A stretch of DNA of 64,000 nt from Auanema rhodensis (Eukaryota; Animalia; Nematoda): positions 17,980,001 to 18,044,000 of the forward strand of contig OZ059896.1 in the NCBI GenBank assembly GCA_964057225.1, read 5' to 3'. The notes below the pieces were generated by a model. That model saw nothing but the letters and a program-made list of their open reading frames with translations. It was not told where the DNA came from and did no database searches. Both the position numbers and the translations under genes were made by a program. Below, in pieces: positions 55,005 through 64,000 of this stretch; position 1 is the first letter of the stretch, and the number at the start of each line of letters is the position of its first letter.

Positions 55005-56594
55005 TTATACATTTTGACAACATGTACAGCTTGTACATGTTAATTTGCGAATTGTTGTTTTTATTCCTTGCTGAAAACAATATAAGTGTACTCATATGTC
55101 CTTCTTTCTTAGTAGCAAGTCTCACTTGAATATCTTGATGGTTATACAGAAAATACAATGAATGTGATATTGAGTATGTGGCTATCAAATAATTTGCTAT
55201 ATCACAAGCTGTCATAAGAGCTGAAGATGAAGAAGCATATTTCAACACCACAATAACTATTAATGGACTGATAAGAAAGCAAAGAACTGCCATTGAATGA
55301 AACTGAAATAGTATTTTTATTTTCTTTTTTCTTAATATCTTCATTTTTCTCTTTTTCTCATATCTGTAAGGTTCAAATAGAATAATGTAGCGTTTCCTAA
55401 TTCATATCTTAATGTATTCTGCAATCTTTTCTCTTTTTCTTCTTAATTAGATTGTGATGCAATAAATTCAAGACAAAAATAATATTGATAAGACGATTCA
55501 GAATCCAGAACGTTCTGTTTTGTCATCTGCACAGTTTCGAGATTGTTACAACCCCTAACCTATCAATAGGACAACTTTCTGATATTTTTAATTTTTCTTG
55601 GTCTATTGAACTCTCTCTCTCTGTCTCTATCCTCCTTCTTTCTTCTACTCTCTTCTAGTCATTTATTTCGATTTCTGTTCATCGTTCTTATGCTACTCCC
55701 TTTCCCAGACTTACGCTCTTCCTTTCTCCCAATTCCAGTCAATCATATGAAAAAAAAGAAAGAAAAATCGTGTATCTCCACGTTGATAACATACCAGAAT
55801 AGGACGCGCGAATTCAGTATTTAGCTTTTCTTTTAACAGAATTAGCAAAAGAATGAATGAAAGACATGACAAGCCCAGTGAAATCTCATAGACGGTAATA
55901 GCAATAGTTGATAGATGGATCGGAACGCAATCTCGACCACTTATAGGTGATAACTCTGCAATTTTCTCATTTAACTACTTGTCACATGCTGAATTTTGAA
56001 ACAATGTTCTCGCAAACATTTGTTCAGTACAATATAGTTTAAATATATGTTGATACCTATTGCAATGAATATAATAAGCAGGATTACGACAAAAACTACT
56101 CCAACGATGTAAGGAATTGCTCTCGATCGTATCGTAGCCGAATGAAAATACACAGGATGAAAGGTTGCTAGCCACCAGTCAAAAACTTCGGCGAGAAGTA
56201 GAACAACCTAATGAAAGAAAAAGCTAAGGACTTACTATGAATCAGCAGTTACCTGTATCAAGGCTACGGATGTTACTAATAAGACAATCCAATGACAATC
56301 TTTGTCATTTTGTCGCGAAAGACATCCAATTGTAAAAAGAAATATGGATAATACTATATCAACGACAAATTTTACTAAAATAATGGTAAATGTAATTATT
56401 TATTAAAAAACTTTAAAATATTTTATTGTTATTTATTGCTACAAATCTCAACATTTTACAAAAAACTTGTACTTACCACAGAATACATTGTATTTTTCCC
56501 GAAGACGTAATTGGTTTAATATTGTAACAAGAATTAGAAGAGAAATAATTAATAAAATACATGAAAAAACAAAGTATAATACAGGAAGAGTCAT
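55005..56594 (-). CDS. Small serpentine / class A-like 7TM receptor
   Basis: Spliced hydrophobic helices; a TM3-end motif AEVFDWWLATFHPVYF in place of DRY; TM7 region HSLYFLYNHQDIQ; Cys-rich tail TCTSCTCCQNV. The start codon is inferred. Confidence 0.65.
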
Positions 56595-56960
56595 AAGTAC
56601 ATGAAATGGCCAAAAGTGAGTACCATTAGTCAATCAATCAATGGTATTCGCCCTATGCACCTACCGGTCTCTCTCCCTTACATTTATTTGAACAGCCCAC
56701 ACTACTGTGCGACCTGTGTACAGATTTTCTTGAGAAATTCAGTAAATTGAAAAAAGTTCAGATCAAAAGCTTTATTAGTCTGACTAACATAGATTAAATT
56801 ATTTAGATATGTACAATCTGATGACAATGATGATATTGATAAGTAACAACCATGAGGTTTCATATACATATAAACAAAGAAAGTGAAATATAGATACAAG
56901 GAATTATTTAGAGATAAAGCTTCTTCATATCAAATGAGAACTAGAATTTTGAAAATTAAG

Positions 56961-59053
56961 TTATTCCTCACCGATTACGGATGATACAAATTTATTAACA
57001 TACAAAAATGATGGTGGTGGAGCTTGTGCGGCTAAGTAAAAGAAATGAACAGTAATTGGAAGAAGAGTTGTATCAGCTAATCGACAAATCACTACACTCT
57101 AAAGAACAAATCACGAGAAAATGAAAAAAGGAGAAGGGATCAAAACGTACCTGATCAAGACGCATAGATATAACTTGCTTAGCGGAATCGTGAAGACAAG
57201 TCCCATGTGTATCGCATACAAGTAGTCTGCAATAGTTTCAGTTCTGGCAAAAAAAACTCAAAGAACATTCGAACCTAAAGTGGACGGCTCGTTCACTTTT
57301 CAAGTTGATCGAGTATGGGGTCGCTTGACTTAGACAGTTTCTTTTCATTGTTAACAACCTAGACAGTATAGAAATATTACGAACCATCGCGATGTTTTTA
57401 CCCTTTATTATAATTTAAAATTATATCCATTCCAGAATTAAATCCAGACCATCTCCAGCATTTCTAAAAATAATAAGCTTAAAATGAACATTTAAACAGT
57501 TAATACTTACAGGAGAACTATCAACTATCCTTCCCAATCTGATACAATTTATATAAAAATTCTCGTTAGTAATATCAGCAACACTGAAACTAATATATTA
57601 AATGAAATGAAATAGATACAAAATAAATAATTAAAAGTAAAGAAAATTGGCTATGAAATACCTTTCCGGTTTCTCCTCATTTTCTAATACTGTTCGCCAT
57701 TGATCAACCATCAAGCCATTCAAGATTTCTCGAGGAATAAGTGAATCACGCTCAAGCTCAACAATACTTCCTTAACAGACAAGATAAGATAATTTAATTC
57801 TTTCAATATTATACCAGTTGTTACAACTAAATGATGAAGTCGTAAAGTTCCGAACAAACGGGAAAATTTCAAAAATAAAAAATTAGGAGGCATCTCAGAA
57901 AAAAAAGCTTGGATTTTAACTTTGAAATCGTCATCGGCTAAATCAGAACATTCTTCATTGTATTGTAAGAAAATCCACTGAATACTGTCAAGTTGTGATA
58001 AAAGTATTAACCTAATCATTATACCGTTTTAATCATTGTATACAGATCCATTTCCCCTTCAACTATAAGTAATTCTGTAGACGACAACAATGTCGTAAGA
58101 TTTGTTTCACTAGAATTCATGAGTATAAACTTTTTGAAACTAAATTCTTACTCTAATTCTTTTAGAATTTTTCTATCCCTCATCAATTTCCAAAAATTCC
58201 ATTTAAGAAGTGCTTGAGCTGTTTTTTTTACCTACAATAATGAAACTACATCAGGTTTTTTTCGCAACTTTCCCGTACCCTTGAAAGTCCGTATTTTTCA
58301 GCCACACGCAAGAAGCGCATGATATTTTTATCATTCAAACACATCTCCATCTCTTCATCACATCTATTCAGAACGGAGTCCTGCAAAATGCCGACTATAA
58401 AGAAAACAGAAAAAAATACGAAACCAGTTGAAAATAGGACGCTGATGCTGCTATTGATATCAGATCTTCTTCACGATATGATAATTCATTTTGATACAAT
58501 GATCCGAACACGGCATTTAGTCCTAAGAAAATGAAATAATTAAACCTTTTTTGCAAAGAAAAAAATGCTAACCTTCAGGTGTGATATTGGGGTCATCAGG
58601 GATATCTAAATCGTGTATTTCTTTTTTTGAATCATTCCAATCGCCATTTAACAAAGCCTAGATGGATTTAAAAATCTTACATACGTTCAAAGAACATACT
58701 TCGAAATAAGAGCACTGCTGAAGATAAAATCGATGAAGTTTCCAGGTTCTATTAAGAGCTCGTACAGTTATATTTGAATCTTCTCCCTAATTGCAATAAA
58801 AGCAAAAATCGATTGTTCGGTATTAACTTACCCTAAGAAAAAGTTTTTCATAAAGATAATGAGGAGTATCCAACTTGAAACTTTTAACTGCTGGTTCATC
58901 AATTTCCTCTTCTTTGTTTGAAATCTTTTTTGCTGCTGAGTTTCGTTTACGGGAAATTTTTCCTTTCTTTGGCGATTCAAAAGAATTAGAAAATAGCTCG
59001 GGAGAATCGGAAGGCTCTTCGTATCCACCTATTCTATCAAGTGTATTACCCAT
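56961..59053 (-). CDS. Germ cell-less (GCL/GMCL1)-like BTB-BACK Cul3 adaptor
   Basis: N-terminal MG, basic NLS-like KKGKISRKR, YLYEKLFLRGEDSNITVRALNRTWKLHRFYLQQCSYFEALLNGDWNDS...DIPDDPNIT...AVFGSLY, later FGTLRLHHL, CIRLGRI, WRWSGFNSGMDI. Confidence 0.82.
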
Positions 59054-59429
59054 TTCTCATTTCACCTAAAGTAATAATAATAAAATATGATCATAAGGCA
59101 ACAACAAACTTTCATATTTTGAAATAAGCTTTGTTACACCGTCACAATGCCAAAGGTTACGAGTGGACCATTGCCAATTGCACTTAGATCAACCTTGGAC
59201 CAACGCCAACTCCAGTTAGATGCGCAGGTCGGCTCTAAGAGAGATAATGCACTTTTTCGTATGAGAAATCCTCAGAAAAATTTGTAGGACAGTTCCTGTA
59301 ATATTATTCGGTTGGTCTGATAAGAAAAGTGCTGATGATATTTCTAACATATATTACATAGATCTTCTTTGAGCAAATTCAAAATGGAATAATAGAATTA
59401 CTAATCAAATAAGGTATTGCAGGTTGCTA

Positions 59430-61078
59430 ATGGCTCGTAGCTCCTTCCTCTTCACCTCTGAATCTGTCTCAGAGGGACATCCTGACAAGATGTGCGATCA
59501 GGTTCGAATATTTAGCTCAAGCTCTTATATTCAGAAGAGTTCAGATTTCTGACGCCGTTTTGGATGCTCATTTGGCTCAGGATCCCAATGCTATGGTAGC
59601 TTGTGGTAAGTTGATTGGGGAAATTTTTGAATCATCATCTAATATATTCTGAATGTGTAGCATTGTAACTGTTTTGTAAAAAGAGTTTGCTGAATTATTT
59701 ATTCTAGAAACCGTAACCAAGACCGGTATGATCATGCTCTGCGGAGAAATTACCTCTAAAGCTGTCGTTGATTATCAAACTTTGGTCAGAAACGTCGTTA
59801 AGAAGATTGGATATGACGATTCCAGCAAGGGTTTGTTAAATATTATTGTTAGTTTTTCCTTAATTTATATCTTTTGACTTGGTTTAGGTTTTGATCACAA
59901 GACTTGCAATGTACTGGTAGCTCTTGAGCAGCAATCCCCAGAAATTGCGGCTGGAGTTCACGTTCAGAAGAGCCCAGAAGACGTAGGAGCTGGAGATCAA
60001 GTGAGATAAGATATGTGAACTTGTTCTAATATCTATTTCTATCAGGGACTCATGTTCGGATATGCTACTGATGAGACCGAAGAAGCCATGCCTCTTACCC
60101 TCAAGCTTGCTCATGACCTGAACGCTAAGATCCATCAGCTTAGACGTAATGGGACCCTTGCGTGGCTCCGTCCAGATTCTAAAACTCAGGTAGATCTATT
60201 ATTCTTGCATTCTGTATTGAAGATATCTAGGTAACTATCGAATACTTCTTCGATGGCGGAGCCTGTATCCCACGTAGAGTACATACTGTTGTCATTTCCA
60301 CTCAACACAGTCCCGATATTTCTCTTGATACTTTGAGGAAGGAGATCAAGGAGAAGGTATATTGGTTGACTCAGCTTATTTTTAAATTCTAAAAAGCTGT
60401 AGGTTATCGATGTTGTTATCCCTGGAAATCTTCTTGATAAGGAAACTATTTTACATATTAACCCATGCGGTACCTTCATTGTTGGAGGACCTATGGGAGA
60501 TGCTGGTCTTACTGGACGTAAGATCATCGTCGATACCTACGGAGGTTGGGGAGCACACGGTGGTGGAGCTTTCTCCGGAAAAGACCCCACTAAGGTAAAA
60601 CATTCTATTAGTTTTGTTTTATAAATTTCTGTATATATAGGTCGATCGTTCTGCCGCTTATGCTGCTCGCTGGGTAGCCAAGTCTCTCGTCAAGGCTGGT
60701 CTTTGCCGTAGATGCTTAGTCCAAGTATCTTATGCTATTGGAGTTGCTGAGCCACTCTCTGTTATGGTTTTCGCTTTCGGATCATCAGCTTTGACTGCCA
60801 CTGAACTTCTTGAGGTTGTTAACGATAACTTCGATCTCCGCCCAGGAATGATTATCAAGTAAGCAGAAGAAGTTTGAATGTTTATGTTTAACCTTTTACC
60901 TTTCAGGGATCTTGATCTCAAGAGACCTATCTATGAGAAGACCGCTGAGAACGGTCATTTCGGACACAACGATTTCCCATGGGAAGTTCCACGTCCACTT
61001 AAGATCTCTCCTGCTATGGCTGAAAAAGCCAAGGGACCTGCTCTCGGTGTTGCTGCTGAGGGAGCCATTGCTCACTAA
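59430..61078 (+). CDS. sams: S-adenosylmethionine synthetase, tandem copy A (complete)
   Basis: [94 protein letters not shown]. elegans paralog number cannot be assigned. Confidence 0.97.
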
Positions 61079-61264
61079 ACTGTTGATCAAATTTCTAATT
61101 TTCTTATAATATTCTTATCAAATTTGACCGGTAGAATTGTTGTAGTAGAGTTTTTCCGGCATGGTTATGGTGGGAGTTAATAAATTTAATTTTTAATCAA
61201 AAGTTTTTATTTTTTCTGAAATTTTTACATACAAATGAGCAAATACAGGGGCGTTTTGGATAGA

Positions 61265-61556
61265 TTAGAAGGCAATGCTTGTTCTCCACAGGGCTCTGTC
61301 GCGATGATCTGATGAGGGTTCATGACTTGACATCCTATTAATTCTTCTTTCAGCCGGCCCTGATCTGATATAATCGGGGCGAGGCTCGATTACTGACTCT
61401 TGTCTCACCTGAAATAGACATTTTCATCTCCAATTATACCATACTAATCAATTATTTAATCAGATTCAGTATTTTCATATAGAATCTTCGCATCCTTTTG
61501 ATCTTACTGACCTGCTGATCACGATTTCGAATTCGACGAGCCTCGATTATTATCAT
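61265..61556 (-). CDS. Candidate 62-aa two-exon microprotein between the sams copies
   Basis: Acceptor TTTTAAG lies ~24 nt before the ATG. Exon 61556-61512 (MIIIEARRIRNRDQQ), GT...TTTCAG intron, exon 61408-61265 open for 47 codons to TAA, downstream minus-strand AATAAA near 61207. No homology recognised. Confidence 0.35.
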
Positions 61557-62714
61557 GAAAGCAATATGTATTCAACAAACTTAAAATAGAGATCAATTTC
61601 ATGAGCTATTCCTTAATCTAATCACTCAAATAGGTCATGTGTAAAGTACAAGTCAATTTGTCAATTTCGCCGGTAGATGATGTAATCATCATATGTATTC
61701 ATGTCAGTTGTCCTAACCCAAAATCCGATAAGGCGTAATCTTAATCACGTTAACACCTGGTAGGCTGTCGCTGTCGGCGATATCAGCGGCTGATATAAAG
61801 CGGTATCATCTTGCACTTGCTCATTCTAATTGCTTTTGTCTGTACCGATTCTCAATAGGGTACCATATTTGCTTTTTAGTGCGTGGAATGTATGGCACCA
61901 CCACGTTTCATGTGGCGCCATAGTAGGCAGGTCCGATGTTCACTATCTTTCTCCATCTATCGCATTTACTTCCTGTGGTGCGGCCGTCGTGGGCTGTCGC
62001 ACTTTCCTTCTACGGCTATCTTCCGTAGCTGGTGAGTCGGCGAAGATGCGACCGACACAGAAACGGAGTTGATACAGCGGCAGACAATAGAGAACAAGCG
62101 AGAAACATACGGGTCGCAATGATAATGACCTTCTCTCACTTGTCCAGCCTTTCACTTCATTTCTTCATTAGGATTCTCGGGTTCATTTCTAGTCTCCCGC
62201 AACTCCAGTGTTGCTGCTATCGTCATTATCAACGTCGTGATCACCATTGTCGTATGCTCTATAATCGCTCTATGTTTCATACATCATTTTCACAATTCAA
62301 CCTGTTATCCATCAATTAAGAATGTTTTGTATCCAGTGGATATTGCCTCTAATTGACGCATTGTCTCTGGTGGTGTGCCAGATTGGTGGTTAGATGATTC
62401 TCGATTAGTTCACTGATGGCTTCTCTCAATATTCTTGTTTTACATTATCTTTTATCATTATCTCCTGAATATTTATATATATATATATATATATACATAT
62501 ATCGTGAAACGGCAATTTAGAAGTAATCTATGCGACGCTCCTAGTTTCTTTCTAATTAAAGAAATAAGAATGAATTATCCATTTCCATAAACTAGTCGAT
62601 CCACTTTCTCTTTTTCTCGAGATTTATACTTTCTTTTGGCCCCGCCTCGTACAGCCAATTTAAATACAGAATATGTGATTTCATACTCATTCTTAAATTT
62701 TTCTAGGGTCGGTC

Positions 62715-64000
62715 ATGGCTCGTAGCTCCTTCCTCTTCACCTCTGAATCCGTCTCAGAGGGACATCCTGACAAGATGTGCGATCAGGTTTGGTGTTAAAA
62801 CAAATCCTCAATATATTTTGTTTTATTCTTCAGATTTCTGACGCTGTCTTGGATGCCCATTTGGCTCAGGATCCACATGCCAAGGTTGCTTGCGGTAAGT
62901 TCTTGCGTTACAGTTAAATCTCACTTTTCTTTAATATTGTTCGAGTTATTACTGAAATTGTTTACAACCTTTTTGTTTTAACATTTGCTATTGATTTTTT
63001 TTAGAAACCGTAACCAAGACCGGTATGATCATGCTCTGCGGAGAAATTACCTCCAAAGCTGTTGTTGATTATCAAACTTTGGTCAGAAACGTCGTCAAGA
63101 AGATCGGATATGACGATTCTAGCAAGGGTTTGTTAAATATTTCAAAAATTCAACGTGAAAATTACTTTATCCTATTTATAGGATTTGATTACAAGACCTG
63201 CAATGTTCTTGTCGCCCTTGAGCAACAATCCCCAGAAATCGCTGCTGGAGTTCACGTTCAAAAGAACGAGGAAGATGTCGGAGCTGGAGATCAAGTAATT
63301 CAGCTATTTTTGTCTTTGCCAACTAAATCCAATTTTGCTTAGGGACTTATGTTCGGATATGCTTCTGATGAGACCGAAGAGGCCATGCCCCTCACCCTCA
63401 AGCTCGCTCACGATTTGAACGCCAAGCTTCACGAGCTCAGAAGAAACGGATCTCTCCCATGGGTCCGCCCAGATTCCAAATCTCAGGTAATAATTTTAAA
63501 TAGTTTGTATCTGTTTTTTTTTTCAAATTTTATTGAATTGTTCTTTAAAACCTATGTTTTGAAGGTCACTATCGAATACTTCTTCGACGGAGGAGCCTGT
63601 ATTCCACGTAGAGTTCACACCATCGTTATCTCCACCCAACACAGCCCAGATATCAGCCTTGATGACTTGAAGAAGGAGATCAAGGAGAAGGTAAAACCCA
63701 AACCTCTTTTGTTTTTAAAAATTTCGAATTTGTCAGGTTGTCGATGTTATCATCCCAGCTAACCTTTATGACTCTGAAACTGTCCTTCACATCAACCCAT
63801 GCGGTACCTTCATTGTTGGAGGACCTATGGGAGATGCTGGTCTTACTGGACGTAAGATCATCGTCGATACCTACGGAGGTTGGGGAGCACACGGTGGTGG
63901 AGCTTTCTCCGGAAAAGACCCCACTAAGGTAAAACATTCTATTAGTTTTGTTTTATAAATTTCTGTATATATAGGTCGATCGTTCTGCCGCTTATGCTGC
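62715..64000 (+). CDS. sams: S-adenosylmethionine synthetase, tandem copy B (runs off the window end)
   Basis: Same motifs and intron positions as copy A; truncated by the window after DRSAAYA. Confidence 0.96.

Noticed and set aside
61309-61415. CTGATGAG as a hammerhead ribozyme core or C/D snoRNA
   Set aside because: No GAAA closes stem II and there are no stems I/III. The minus strand reads as an open exon. The CTGATGA at 39026 also fails as a hammerhead.
61980-62004. GCGG-N11-TGTCG resembling the C. elegans snRNA PSE (UM1)
   Set aside because: Only a partial match, with no recognisable snRNA, SL RNA, Sm site or full H/ACA fold downstream.
62664-62672. TACAGAATA near-match to the METTL16 motif upstream of sams copy B (also TACAGATAA at the thoc-7 acceptor)
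   Set aside because: Mismatched to UACAGARAA, no enclosing hairpin is evident, and such near-matches are expected in AT-rich DNA.

Overview
This is eukaryotic DNA from an AT-rich rhabditid (Clade V-type) nematode, with dense ~40-50 nt introns and TTTCAG-type acceptors, so the ORF track fragments most genes. I assembled 16 spliced protein-coding genes by hand: a clarinet (cla-1)-like active-zone scaffold, a secreted low-complexity protein, the Ski2 helicase skih-2 with an antisense MAM-domain gene nested in one intron, the P5A-ATPase catp-8, mbf-1, a GH47 mannosidase, lin-66, thoc-7, rpl-29, uso-1, chitin synthase chs-1, a second MAM-domain gene, a 7TM receptor, a germ cell-less BTB gene and two tandem SAM synthetase (sams) genes. 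There is also a weak 62-aa candidate gene between the sams copies. No prokaryote-type systems (CRISPR, IS elements), rRNA or tRNA genes were seen. The most interesting signals are post-transcriptional. (1) The ~1.1 kb lin-66 3'UTR is tiled with seed matches to about ten conserved miRNA families, and the lin-66 5' region carries a tandem duplication ending exactly at the ATG. (2) Both sams copies keep a long intron 2 with a PTC-generating proximal AG but lack the UACAG motif that METT-10 methylates in C. elegans; they also share a gene-conversion-like tract. (3) The nested MAM gene has a perfect 18-bp stem over a 3' splice site. (4) A textbook Ur element lies between rpl-29 and thoc-7. Gene identities come from recalled protein motifs, not database searches.
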